From: Alloascoidea hylecoeti
Lineage: Eukaryota
Direction: 5' to 3'
DNA length: 64,000 nt
NCBI GenBank assembly: GCA_001600815.1
Contig: BCKZ01000001.1
Location: forward strand, 62,001 to 126,000
The notes below the pieces were generated by a model, which saw only the letters and a program-made list of their open reading frames with translations, was not told the DNA's origin and did no database searches. Shown here piece by piece: positions 21,212-33,560 of the stretch (position 1 is the stretch's first letter; each line of letters begins with the position of its first letter). The position numbers and the translations under genes were made by a program.

Positions 21212-24200
21212 ATGGCCTCTTTAAGACATCCAGAGCCAAACAAAAGCAGTCATCAGAGCGTGACTCAATTTAAGCCCATCAATTATAACTACAACTATGA
21301 TAATGACTTCTTTGAAGACGTTAGTTTGGACTCGTCCTCCCCGGGTGTCAATGTCAGGCCAAGTATTAAGTCCTCCAGATCTCATTTAAGTGTTGCACAA
21401 TCATATAACGGTAATAAAATAATCAACACAAGTGTACAAAGTCATTCGTTTATTACTGTCGACACGGACAAAAATAACGTCTCTTCAAACAATACAAGCC
21501 GTCTTTCGTTGACCGACTCCATGACTGGTGCTAAGAGTCGCAATCATTCCATTGTTAGTAGTATGAGTATGACTTCGGAATCAACTACTACTTTTCAACC
21601 TTCAAATTCACATACATCCCCACAAACACGATCTAATTCTCGTCCTTATCTTCCGATGACTTCAAAGAACAATAGCAATGTAACAATGAATGAAGAACCA
21701 TCGTCTCAAAATGCTCCGGGTCCGAACATGCCTGCTGGTACTAATCATAATCCTAACACAAATTCATCAACTCCTAATTCTAATTCAACAAGTCCGGTTT
21801 CGACTCGGGATTTGAATCAGAATGCGCCTGGATTTAAGGCTAGACGTCGTTCTTCACATACAATCGACTTGACTCAAGAAAATATACGGCGCGCTAAAAG
21901 TTTTAGTCATCGAGATATCGAAGATATTGACAATATATCTCCATTACCATTATTTTACAAAGACAAACAGAAAGGCCGAATAACAAGTCCTAAATCAAAA
22001 TCAAATTTGAAAGATACCAATCTCAGTAAAAATAATAGCAATTACTATAGTAACATAGCTACGCCTTTATCTAATGATATTAAACGATCCTCAGCACCAG
22101 TTTCTAAAATCAACAGATCTCTATCTTTAAAAAATACAACATCATCAAGACCATATTCTTTACCTGCTCCAAATAATGTTAAATCATCTCTTAATGTGAC
22201 TTCTTCTGATTATCCATCAGGATCACACTTAAATTCTACTTCTGCTTCATCCGTTCGCGTTTATCGGGCACTTTCTTCAAATAATTCATTATCGCGACGA
22301 AATAGTAGAAAATCAATATTAAGCTCATTACTTAATCTTAATAATAATAATGACAATAATAATACACAATTAGATAATTATGATATTGATTATGATGATG
22401 ATATTATTCCGGATGAAATTAGTGTTTTTAATGTTCCTTTATCTGCTTCTTTGTTAGATACAAACAGAACGAAAAAATCAATTGGTAATAATAATAATAA
22501 CACAAGGAATCAAATTTCAGGTTCTAACAATAACACAAATAAAAATATTAATAATTTAAATATTAAAAATATAAATAAAGCTATTAATAGTAATGAACAT
22601 ACATTATCAATGACATCAGAACAATCAACTGATTCAAATACAAACACAAGAAGTAGTTTAGATTCAATTGCATCAACTGATATTACAACAACATTACCAT
22701 CATCAGGAAGTCCATATCATTCTGATAAATTTATTTTTAATTTAAATACAGATTCAAATTGGATAAGTAATTTATCGAAAGACGCAATTGATTTATCATT
22801 AGCATTTGAACAATCTCCAACAACTTTAGCACATGAAGAGTTTTTACAAAAAAAATTATCAATAATAAATAACAATAATAATAATCTTAATCTCAATAAT
22901 ACAAATGCTAATGGTTTTGAAAATGATTTAATACCAATAAGTAAAGAAAAAGAAGAAGTTTTATCATTTACAAGACCATCATGGTTACCACCAAAAAATA
23001 AACAAGAAGAACAAAAACATTTAAAAGAATATGAAAAATTAATGAATAATGCAATTAAAGAAGAAAAATTAAAAACTGTTAAAAAAATGAAATCAATAAA
23101 TTTAAAACAAAAACAAAAAATTGATGATTTATTAATTTGGAATAATAAAATAATACCAAATTTTAATAAAATATTTATTAATAATAATATTACAATTGAA
23201 ACAAGAGAATTATGGTGGAGAGGTATACCATTACAACATAGATCATTTATTTATTCAAATATTATTGGAAATGGTTTAAAGATTAATGAAGATGTTTATG
23301 AAATGGCTTTAGAAAAATCAAATAAAGCTCAAAATATTGTTAGTGAAATTGATCAATTAACAAATCAAGCTATATCAAATCAAAATAACCAATTTCAAAA
23401 TCAAAATATTAATAATAATGATAAGAATTTAAAAACAAAATATTCTTTAGGTGTTGAAAGTATACATTATAATGAATATAAAGAATTATTTTTAAAAATT
23501 GAAGAAGATATTACGAAAACTTTCCCAGATTTAAAATTATTTCAAGCTCCAACTTCAAATTCAAACAATAACAACAATAATAATAATAATAATAACGAAA
23601 AAGGAATATACTATAAACCACTAAAAAATATACTTTTAGCATTTTCATTTTTTAAAATCGGTGGGATAAAATATACAACAGGAATAAATACAATTGCGGC
23701 AATGATTTTATATGTTTTAGACAATGAATTAGACACATTTGTACTATTATCAAATCTTTTATTAAAAAGACCATTATTAAATTCATTAATATTATCATCA
23801 ATTAATAATAATAATAATAAAAATGATATCAATAATGAAGATAATGAAAATAATGATCTTACAAATAATATTAATAATAATGAATCAATATTAATTGATA
23901 ATTTACAATCATTTTTAAAAGTTTTTAAAAATAAATTACCATCATTATATAAACATTTCCATCAAACAATTAAAATTTCAACAATTTCATATTTAAAACC
24001 ATTAATTTTACCATTATTCACACAGCATTTAAGTTTAAATATATCATTAAGAATATTTGATATATTCATTTTTGAAGGTGATTCATTCTTATTAAGATGT
24101 GCTTTAGCTTTATTATCAAAAATTGAACATAAATTATATGGTAATAAAAATGAAATTTTAAATATATTAGGTTGGGATTCAGTTTATAAAACAAATATTA

Positions 24201-24388
24201 AAAAATTTAAAAAAGAAATATCAATTAATGGTAATGATAATGATGATGATAATGATATTGATTTTGATTCTGATTTCAATAATTCTGAATTTCTATCTAA
24301 TTATAATTATGAATATTTAGATGTTGGATCTGAAGATGAATTCATGGAGAAAGTTAGAGACATTTTAAAAACTCATCCTAAACAATAA
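21212..24388 (+). CDS. SBE2/SBE22-like protein with a degenerate TBC (Rab-GAP) domain
   Basis: Motifs TRPSWLPPK..EE.KHLKEYE, TRELWWRGIP...R, D...TFPDL.LF, LRIFDIFIFEGDSFL.R.AL; first ATG at 21212 (the ORF track starts at a GTG). Confidence 0.85.
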   Translation: MASLRHPEPNKSSHQSVTQFKPINYNYNYDNDFFEDVSLDSSSPGVNVRPSIKSSRSHLSVAQSYNGNKIINTSVQSHSFITVDTDKNNVSSNNTSRLSLTDSMTGAKSRNHSIVSSMSMTSESTTTFQPSNSHTSPQTRSNSRPYLPMTSKNNSNVTMNEEPSSQNAPGPNMPAGTNHNPNTNSSTPNSNSTSPVSTRDLNQNAPGFKARRRSSHTIDLTQENIRRAKSFSHRDIEDIDNISPLPLFYKDKQKGRITSPKSKSNLKDTNLSKNNSNYYSNIATPLSNDIKRSSAPVSKINRSLSLKNTTSSRPYSLPAPNNVKSSLNVTSSDYPSGSHLNSTSASSVRVYRALSSNNSLSRRNSRKSILSSLLNLNNNNDNNNTQLDNYDIDYDDDIIPDEISVFNVPLSASLLDTNRTKKSIGNNNNNTRNQISGSNNNTNKNINNLNIKNINKAINSNEHTLSMTSEQSTDSNTNTRSSLDSIASTDITTTLPSSGSPYHSDKFIFNLNTDSNWISNLSKDAIDLSLAFEQSPTTLAHEEFLQKKLSIINNNNNNLNLNNTNANGFENDLIPISKEKEEVLSFTRPSWLPPKNKQEEQKHLKEYEKLMNNAIKEEKLKTVKKMKSINLKQKQKIDDLLIWNNKIIPNFNKIFINNNITIETRELWWRGIPLQHRSFIYSNIIGNGLKINEDVYEMALEKSNKAQNIVSEIDQLTNQAISNQNNQFQNQNINNNDKNLKTKYSLGVESIHYNEYKELFLKIEEDITKTFPDLKLFQAPTSNSNNNNNNNNNNNEKGIYYKPLKNILLAFSFFKIGGIKYTTGINTIAAMILYVLDNELDTFVLLSNLLLKRPLLNSLILSSINNNNNKNDINNEDNENNDLTNNINNNESILIDNLQSFLKVFKNKLPSLYKHFHQTIKISTISYLKPLILPLFTQHLSLNISLRIFDIFIFEGDSFLLRCALALLSKIEHKLYGNKNEILNILGWDSVYKTNIKKFKKEISINGNDNDDDNDIDFDSDFNNSEFLSNYNYEYLDVGSEDEFMEKVRDILKTHPKQ

Positions 24389-25120
24389 TATAATAATTCA
24401 TTCATTAATCTCATTCCAATTAAACTATGATTATTGATATTATTACTAATATTAATGTATTTTTTATATATTTCACCTAATTATAAATTTTTTTTGTTCC
24501 CTTCTTCATTTTAATTAAATTTATTCTTCACTCATTAATATCCCTTTTCTCCCCTCATCTTTTCTTTGGAATTTTTATTAATTCCCATCCAATTTACTAC
24601 CATATGAATTGCAAAGAATAGCTCTAGCATATATGCTGTGCTCTTTGTTAACTATACTCCCGTGATTATGAACATTCATACAATAATAACTAATGTTTTA
24701 TTTTTTAAACTAACTCGTTTATACTATATATTTCTATCCAATACATGTATTCGTTTTATTTTTAGCTCATTCCACTTAATTTTGGCCACTCTGTAAATAC
24801 TGTATTATGACACATGATGCATTAATTAATCGATCATCAGACAGGTGGGGTTCCAAAGTATGGAATACCCTCCTCTTTTGAGAAGGTCCGTGCGACTTGC
24901 TTTATAATTGATAATTTAATAAATCTCAAAATGATATTTAATAGAACAAAAATAATAGTGCACGTGACGTGAATCATTTCATTGTATAATAAATTAACAA
25001 TGAAAAAAATGATAAATGAATAACAAAGAATAAAATTGAAACCGATTCGATAATATTAAAATTTAACCGATTTAAAATCTTCAGAAATGATAATTATCAT
25101 TTTGAAATTGATGATCATGA

Positions 25121-25689
25121 TTATTTATCGATTAACTCTGGAGTTAATACATGTTTAATGTTTTGCTTTTTGTGTCTGGGGACTTCTGAATAATTACCAG
25201 TTTTCTGTGCTGGAGAGTACCCTGGAGGGGACCGTGGAGGAAAGGTGTACCCTGGAGTGACCTGTAGAGAATACTGATCATTGGGTCCGTTGATGTAATA
25301 AGTAGGTGGTTCAGTTTGCTGAAATTCTTCTCTCATCTTATCCCATGTTGACCCTCTCAATGCGCTCAACCCTCTTTGTATTCTTCTGCGCTTGATTAGC
25401 CATACTACTGGTAATGCTAAAGCAATAGCTATTATAACTCCCAATAATACCCATCGTCCCCTTTTATATTTATGGTTAATTTTTATTAGTAGTTATCATT
25501 AACATGGTGATTACTTACCACTTATTCCAGGCGGATGAACATCCCCAATCACAGTACTGCTTATCATCATCATTATTATTAACAACAACAACAATATCTA
25601 ATATTATTAGCTTCCTGCTTATCATAGATACCAAAATATAACTTACCTCTCTTAACAGAAGTTTCGTGAAATTGTAGTAAAGGAGCCAT
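25121..25689 (-). CDS. RCR-family (Rcr1-like) single-pass membrane protein, paralog A; exons 25647-25689, 25519-25597, 25121-25460
   Basis: Two GTAAGT introns restore the frame MAPLLQFHETSVKR-D..YCDWGCSSAWNK-WGRWVLLGV-TM-RRRIQRGL...RGSTW; PPxY motifs PPTY and PPGY. Confidence 0.82.
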
Positions 25690-26415
25690 TGTACTAGTAT
25701 ATGCTCGATATTTGCTCTATTGTAAAATTAGAAGTATCTAGTCTTTATAAAATCTAATTTTTACCATTATAGTACTATTGTAGAAACTTATAGGAAGACA
25801 AATCAGGTATATAGATATAGGAAATACAAATCTGTAACATAAACTCTAATACTCAAACTCTAATAGTAAGGAGAATAGATCTTCGTTATACAAAATTTAA
25901 ATTGAATGAGACTGATAATTAAGTAACTAATTATCTACATAATCTCTAGTGGTGTAGGAGTTCTCATTGGTATAATAATTCAAACATTTCCACAATTTGT
26001 ATAAATGTATGGCTAATCATGTTAATTTTGTTTTCTTCCTTATAATTAAATTAGTTTGTCACTCACTAATATCCGATTTCTACATTCATATCTTATCATT
26101 GGGCTTCTTTTTATTATTATTGTTAAATTGTCATCTAATTTGCTAGCATATTTCTAACATATACTATAACCATACTTCGATTCGTGAATATTAACATTTA
26201 TACAATAAATAATTAATGTTTTATTTTTTATATTAACTCGTCTATAAGACTGGTACCGGTATATATTTATATCTGACATTTGCGTTATGTCAATTGATTA
26301 GATCTGATACTTAAGTTATACATAGTCTTTCTACTTAATTTAGGCCACCTTTGGAACCTTTTCGTTTTGCCTCATGCAAATTTTCTAAAATTAGAGGGAT
26401 TGTATTACGTTTTGT

Positions 26416-27130
26416 GATTTTTAAATTGGCGAATAAATTACCTTATGCAATTTATTCGCAATTTATTCGCAACCACCTTGCGTTAATAACGCTTTACCGA
26501 TCATTTGATTTCGTAAATTATCTGCCAATAAGATCTCCACACAAGTCATATGATCACCACTTCACCGGTCCATCCTTAAATTAATTACTTCATTTGGGGT
26601 TTGAGCCAAAAAACTACTACATTGTATTTCTTGCAGATTTCAAAATTTGATTTTGACCATTACCCGGAGTTTGGTATTTTGCTTCACTTTACAGTGTTCA
26701 CACTCTGTATCAATTTTCCTCAAACTTTCTCAACATGTCACACCATGTCAAAAATTCAGATAATCTCGTGCTTATTTCTAGCCCTGCAGACCACTTTGTA
26801 GACTCCAATGTACCCAATGATGTATGAATAGCAACTGCTAGTCGTGGGCAGCCACGAGTAAACCATGATCGCCTACAAAAGAAAGTAAAATAGATTGGAG
26901 TGAAGATAACCTCAAAATATAGGCCTATATTAGTACAAAATGACGTTAGGATATTCATAAAGTGGCATATTGAAGCTATGTTCTGACTCTTATTAAAGAA
27001 GTTAAGCAAGAATTAAGGTGTAAAGTTGTACTAAACGCAAATCCTTACGATTTTTGAAATTGTTTGCGGGTATGCAAGATTCCTAATTAGCTCACATACT
27101 TAACGCAATTTATTCGCCAATTCAAAAATC
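26416..27130. mobile_element. Non-autonomous TIR-bounded insertion (~0.7 kb)
   Basis: gatttttaaattggcgaataaatt (26416-26439) matches the reverse complement of 27107-27130 with 1 mismatch; extra tandem gcaatttattc motifs; absent from the paralogous segment at ~24800-24960; true termini uncertain. Confidence 0.6.
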
Positions 27131-27379
27131 GAACATACCGAAAGAAGCGAGAATCAACATCCGGGATTTGGTTAATGACGCGTACGTGCATGATCTTATA
27201 AGATCTATCTATTTATTTTTCACGGTAATAAATTAACGAAGAATGTAAAGAATAAATGAATAAAAATTCATTTAAACCTTTCTGTAAAATACATAAAAGA
27301 GTATCTAAGAATTAAACTGAAATATAAATATATTCTAAAATATTAAATTCATACAATTTAAAAATTAATTGATTATTTA

Positions 27380-27833
27380 TCAATTAGCTCCGGAGTTGTT
27401 GTGCTTTTCATGTGTCTGAGGATTTACCGTTGGATAGTTACCATTCACCTGTGCTGGAGGGTACCCTGGAGGGTACCCTGGAGGAGGTTGTGTAGGTGGA
27501 GGGTACTGTGGAGTGTCTGGAGTGTATGGAGTGTATGGAGTATATGGAGCATTGGTTCCGTTGACATAATAGGCAGGTGGCGCAGCTATCTGATATTCAA
27601 CTTTCTTGTTACCCCATGTTGTCCCTCTCAATGGGCTCAACCCTTTTTGTATTCTTCTGCGGTTGATCAGCCACATGCTAAGTATTGCTAAAGCAACGGC
27701 TATTACAACTCCCAATAAGACCCATCGTCCCCTTTTGTATTTATGGTTAATTTATTTGTAGTTATCATTAATATGATGATTACTTACCAGTGATGCCAAC
27801 CCGTTGAACACCCCCAACGATGATGATCACAGT

Positions 27834-27864
<31 letters not shown>

Positions 27865-27976
27865 GTCGTCATCTAACACTATTAGTTTCGAGTTCCTGTC
27901 TATCATAGATAATAACATATAACTTACCTCTCTTAAGAAGAGTTAACGTTTCGTAAAATTCTAGTAAAGGGGCCAT
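27380..27976 (-). CDS. RCR-family paralog B; exons 27928-27976, 27788-27872, 27380-27731
   Basis: Same intron positions and phases as paralog A; WGRWVLLGV-TM-RRRIQKGLSPLRGTTW; poly-Asp N-terminal tract; PPAY and two PPGY motifs. Confidence 0.85.
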
Positions 27977-28399
27977 TGTGTATGTATGATTTGGAATATA
28001 TGAAAGCAGATTTGGTCCTTGTTTTATACAATTTAAATTATTATTCTATTTTGACATTGCCTCAATTTGCCAAGATAACAATTACAATATTCAACCAATT
28101 GAAATGTATTTCTATATTAATATTATCTAGGAACAAAAAAACAATACATTTATTGTATTAATTATCCCCTATAGATATATTTTATTAAAATATCCTTGAG
28201 GCTGGTAGTGTGACTTGAGGAATGCTGATACTAGCAGCTTAGCACTAATAAATATTGAAAGGTGTTTCACTATCCGCATTGTTTGTAGTGACGCCGGCGC
28301 TTGTGGAAGTTGTAAGTGGAGGAACTCGGAAATTATCTAATTCAAGATTATCGATGGTCATCATAGCCATTATTAATATCCATTTTATTCGGTCAAGAT

Positions 28400-28660
28400 G
28401 GCCCTTGATAAAGTGTCCCTCTACTAGTACCTTCTTTTAAAGTATCTCTTCGTTGTGATGGAAATCATCATATCCGGCATCCGTTGGACCTTGATTTTCT
28501 GAATATATCTGAAAATCAGAATGATTCGGTTGATTCGGTTTATTTGGGGCTCAGCTAGCCGTGCTGGTGGCATCATCCATGCTACTCCATGATCTGGCCA
28601 TGGTGTTTTCCCCATTTGTCAATTGCAATTGTAACGTCTTTCATTTGTAAGACTGCTAAC
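28400..28660 (-). pseudogene. Degenerate third RCR1-like copy
   Basis: GKTP...GVAWMMPP followed, after a frameshift, by IYSENQGPTDAGYDDFH; resembles the Rcr1 segments G..PI.GTAW..PP and Y.E.....D.GY.D...FH. Confidence 0.5.
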
Positions 28661-29653
28661 TTGTTGCTAAGGCATGATCCTGGAACTGCCAACACTCTAG
28701 CCCTACTCAAGAATATATAACATGTTAATAATTAAAAGTTAACAGTTGGGAATCGGAAACCAAACGTGTATTAACCCCATGTTGTATTGCGTCCATATTG
28801 CAATATTGCGATAAATCCAGAGCATTAATAATATTCATCCATATCATTACCTATATAGAGATCTCTTGTAATTATAAAGATCTGTAATGATATAACTTAC
28901 AGTCATTTCGTTTGATTTAAGCCATTATGATTACTAGTTATTCGCCATTCCCATAATTATTTTTCGGCTGGGTTTGGATCCCTGGCTTGTTCCCTGCATA
29001 TTAACGGGTCATACCGGCGATAATGCGGCTGAAAATGAGCTGTAGACAGAGCCCGATATTTATTAACCATAATGGTCTAAATTAAGTGGAATAAATTCTT
29101 TGCCACATAAAATTTATTTCAAAAGGTGGCGGAGTATTCAGCATAGAAAGTTTTCTTAAAAATTGGCCTAAAAAGTGAAAAACACTGTATATAATTGGTA
29201 CACCATATTCCACAATCATGTCATAATTAAGCTTTTAAAACAACTACTGTAACTCTAGGGTTGAAGAACATGTCTATTCGGCGACCTAAAGCAGAAATAG
29301 GTTGTAATTGGTCCCTCAATTCCAATTGTGTACAATCCACAGGTATTGGGTGCGGTATTATTTACAATATAATGCATATGAAATTTATGGTTAATATGAT
29401 AATTGTATAGATCGCTCAAACCTGCAATTACAATTTAAGTAAGAAACATCTTACAAATTTTATGATAAGGTACTAATTTCAATTTTATGTCAGATCCTAA
29501 CTCTTAAATCTTAAAACGGATGTAAGTTGGCCATAGGAGAATTGAGAATGAATTTACGAGATAATGTATTAGCCATAACTAAATTACTTTGTTTATATAT
29601 ACTGAATGTATTACTGATGCTATGAATGGTCATTAATTATTTAGAAGAGTTAA

Positions 29654-32131
29654 TTAATTCAAGTTAGGTTCTGTTTGTTTACTATAAATATCATACTGAT
29701 CAACTGCTTTCAAAGCATCATCTATAGTACTATAATAATAATATGCCCCAGCTAGTATGACCCGTGTTGCAGGATCTCTTTTAACGGGATAATGTGTTTG
29801 TGAAGATTCAGTTGTGCTTAACGCATGATAACTAGTAGTGCTAGCGCTATCAGCGGTAGTTATAGATGGACCAGATGAATTAGGAGAATGTTTACCTTGA
29901 TTCTTACCAATATTTCTTAAAGTTATAATCATCTCACTTTTTAAGAGATCATTTATTCCTGATCTTTCTAATGTTAATCTTATTCCTGTAAGATGTGGAA
30001 CCCTTGCAAAAAGAACATGAATATTTCTTTTTTTACAATATGAATAAATAATTTGATAAAGAATTTCAGCAGCTGAAGAATCTATTTCAGTCATTCCATG
30101 AAGATCAAAAATCACATATCTTGTCATTTCTTCTTGTCGAATTCTTGGGAAAGCAGGATGGGTTTTATTTGAACCATAAAGTTCTAATCTTTTTAATCGA
30201 CTTTTTAAATCACCAGTATTTGCAAATGTTAAAGGTTCAGGGATTTTTACAATTAAACAACCTTCAATTTCTTCAATTTCTTCAAGATTATTATTACTAT
30301 CACTATCATGCAATATCTGATCATTTATGCCATCATAATTAAAATCGTCATCATCGGCATTTATAAAAAGACTAGTATTTGGAATCCTGCCCAATATTTG
30401 AATCCTTGACATTGTTGAATGTTTAATCAGTCTTAATATTGAGAAAGCTACACCAAGGGTGACACCAACTTCAACAGACCAACAAAGGGTAAGAGTTAAA
30501 GTGATCAAAAGGATACAAATATCTGCATATCCTTTAACTTTCAAATGGAATAATAATTCCTTGGGACCTTCTTCAACCAATGACATACCAATAACAGTAG
30601 CCACTGAAGAAAGTGTACATATTGGAAGATAGAAAAAATAATCCAATAAAAATATCATTGAAATGATTGTAACCATTGACATAATTCCTCCAGCCATTAA
30701 AGTTTTGGCACCAGATACAGCATTAATTTTACTTCTACCATAACCACCAAAAGAAGGTAAAGTACAAAATAACCCACCAACTATATTAGACAACCCAAGA
30801 GCTACCATTTCTCTATTTGAAGAGATGCTATAATCATAAGCACTCCCAAGTCCTTTAGCAGCAGTTGTTGATTCAAAAAATCCCAAAACAGCAACTAAAA
30901 ATGAAGAACCGAAAATCTTCCTCATTAAGTAAAACTTTTCATGAGTGAAAGGATTTGTAATTACAATATTTCCTGGTTTAATTTTACCAACAACTGGTAT
31001 TTTATAAGATACATCCCAATCATTAACATCACATAGAACAGTTGAAATAATAACAACTATTAAAATTTCTGGTATAAAATTAACCCAATGAAAACTAGGT
31101 GTATGTTTTAATAATTTTTTTAATTTTCGACCTATAAACATAAAAGTTACGCATACTAATGATATTAAAGCAGATGGTTTATGAATTTCTGATTTATTTT
31201 GATAAATGAAATATAATTTTAAAACAGCTGAATGATAATGAAATGGTGAATTTGATAAAAGCTCTTTTAATCCTAATTGAGTTATTAAAGAATCAACAAT
31301 CATTGCAAAACCAATAGCACATATAAAACCTTTTAATAATGATTTTGATAAAACATTATCTAGGTAACCAAGTCTAAATAATCCCGAAGCTAATAATAAA
31401 GCACCTGAAACAGATGTCATAGCACATGCAATTGTGACCGGATCTTCAATTAGATCATGTTTAACAAATAGATCAACGGTTTGACCTACCACCAATGATA
31501 ATGCCGCCTCGGGCCCGATGATCATTTGAGGAACCCCTCCAAAAAGCATATAAATCAATGGTGGTATTGCCAGACCAAACAACCCAGTAAAAGGTGGTAA
31601 GTGTGATAATGACACCGCGTATGACATTGATAAGGGGATTTGAAAAGATGCTAATGTTATCCCAGCTACCAAATCACCAGTGAAATTTTCAACAGAATAT
31701 TGAGATATCCATGCTGTAAAAGGGATATAGTAACGAATATAATTTTCAAGCAATGGCTTTTGCTGTTGTATGATTCTTTCATATTTTCGTTGTTCATTTT
31801 CTGTTATTTGTTGACCAATACATGCATAACTTGATTGAGATCGTATTGATGAATAATCTTTACCTGCTGATGATAATAATGGTATGGTACTATTTGATAA
31901 GATAAGAGTTTCTCTAGGATTGAATTTTCTACCTCTTGATTCTTCAATTTTATTAATATTGTTGTTATTGTCCCGTTTTTCCCGAGGTCGTGGTGAATTT
32001 GAGGTAATACTATCAATATTATTCATAAACGTACTTGATGATCTTATTGGTGATACTGCTCTTATTTTAGCATTATTATTTGGACGGCTTTCATCTCTTT
32101 GTTTTCCTTTATTATTGTCATTGTTAACCAT
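29654..32131 (-). CDS. SulP/SLC26 anion transporter with STAS domain (YPR003C-like)
   Basis: Motifs GDLVAGITLAS.QIPL.MSYA, GPEAALSL, NRE.VALG..N, FGGYGRS..N; STAS motifs EPLTFANT and D..GM..ID. Confidence 0.93.
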   Translation of the reverse strand: MVNNDNNKGKQRDESRPNNNAKIRAVSPIRSSSTFMNNIDSITSNSPRPREKRDNNNNINKIEESRGRKFNPRETLILSNSTIPLLSSAGKDYSSIRSQSSYACIGQQITENEQRKYERIIQQQKPLLENYIRYYIPFTAWISQYSVENFTGDLVAGITLASFQIPLSMSYAVSLSHLPPFTGLFGLAIPPLIYMLFGGVPQMIIGPEAALSLVVGQTVDLFVKHDLIEDPVTIACAMTSVSGALLLASGLFRLGYLDNVLSKSLLKGFICAIGFAMIVDSLITQLGLKELLSNSPFHYHSAVLKLYFIYQNKSEIHKPSALISLVCVTFMFIGRKLKKLLKHTPSFHWVNFIPEILIVVIISTVLCDVNDWDVSYKIPVVGKIKPGNIVITNPFTHEKFYLMRKIFGSSFLVAVLGFFESTTAAKGLGSAYDYSISSNREMVALGLSNIVGGLFCTLPSFGGYGRSKINAVSGAKTLMAGGIMSMVTIISMIFLLDYFFYLPICTLSSVATVIGMSLVEEGPKELLFHLKVKGYADICILLITLTLTLCWSVEVGVTLGVAFSILRLIKHSTMSRIQILGRIPNTSLFINADDDDFNYDGINDQILHDSDSNNNLEEIEEIEGCLIVKIPEPLTFANTGDLKSRLKRLELYGSNKTHPAFPRIRQEEMTRYVIFDLHGMTEIDSSAAEILYQIIYSYCKKRNIHVLFARVPHLTGIRLTLERSGINDLLKSEMIITLRNIGKNQGKHSPNSSGPSITTADSASTTSYHALSTTESSQTHYPVKRDPATRVILAGAYYYYSTIDDALKAVDQYDIYSKQTEPNLN

Positions 32132-33560
32132 TTTTATCTATTTTGAATGAAATGAGAAATAATTATTATCGAAAAAAGACTAGAAAAAAAATGGGGAGCC
32201 AAATGTGGAGTTTTATAATAAATTTTAGGTCCAAGTTGCTACTATATTAAGGTTGATGATGTCTATTGATTTTTATAAGAAAGATAATTATAATTATTAT
32301 TCATAAGCGATTGCAACATTAATCTGATAAAGTATCAAAATATAGTTGAATAAAAGCCTTTTATGAAATACGGAATCAATATTTATGATGATTGGTAAAA
32401 GAAATGGAGTTGAAGTTGCTGAACAAAAAAAAAATATCACTCAATCTAATATGCACGTGGATGGATATATGATTAAAAATCTAATTCCTCGGGAAAGAAA
32501 ACACGCAGACATCCAGGATTTGCGCACAAAATATAGGTGCGGCACGTCGATAGTAACTTAGTAAGTCATATATTAATATGATATTATTGGTTATAAAGAT
32601 AACATTTAAAGAATCCAAGCTCTTCCCCAGATTTATTTTTCTGTTAAGTGAGGTAATAGTTGGGGTATTCTAAAATCTAAAATCAAACACATAACTTTAA
32701 ATTTGGCATAATAAAAAACGATGTTTAACTGCTCTATAACCTGGATTTTTTATATTAGTTTGATTATTAATTAAACAATAAAACGTGTTTCAATTGCAAG
32801 CTTACTAATTGATTATAAATTTATATATATTGTTAGATTGTCGGCGCAAATATTGACCTGTGCGCGGCTCCGAGTTTGGAGTTTCACCAACGGAAACTAC
32901 CATATCTCATCAAACATCTCATCAGATCAGACGGCATACCCGGATAAGAAACTAAAAAATTACTGGGATCAAGGATAGAATCGATTGAAATGTAAGGCAC
33001 ATATATAAAGCCTGTTTATTAAATAAGAAATAACGGTAAACGCTATACTGGAGTCCCCAAGACTCCCCATCACCTTGAGCCAATTGTACTATAACTGTAG
33101 TACATTTCATGTATATAATACCAATAACTGAATATGGGTCTGATCTATGGTACCAAATCCAAGAACAAAAACTAGATAGAATATAAAATCAAAATTGTAA
33201 CCCTGCAAACCACTAGCACTCCTGTGAAAATCATAGAGGAGGAAATAAGGAACGTCTCTGATATATAATGAAATTAATGGACGCAACAAAAGCTTTGAGG
33301 AGACAAATAGGAGTCACATCAGACAACTCAGCAGTTATTCCATAAAACCAACCCCAACCATGACATCGCTCGGCTATTACCAACGGTCCAACACCATTTA
33401 CTCTTAACAAAGGTATTAAAATTCTAAAATCTTTAACCATGTCAATGCGAGTGCGGAGCACGAGAATTTATGCTCCATTGCGAGTTTCACAATTATATGG
33501 ATTCTATGAAGCATCGTCTGGCGTTCCGAATCAAGCATTCCATCTCAGCTATAGAATTTG

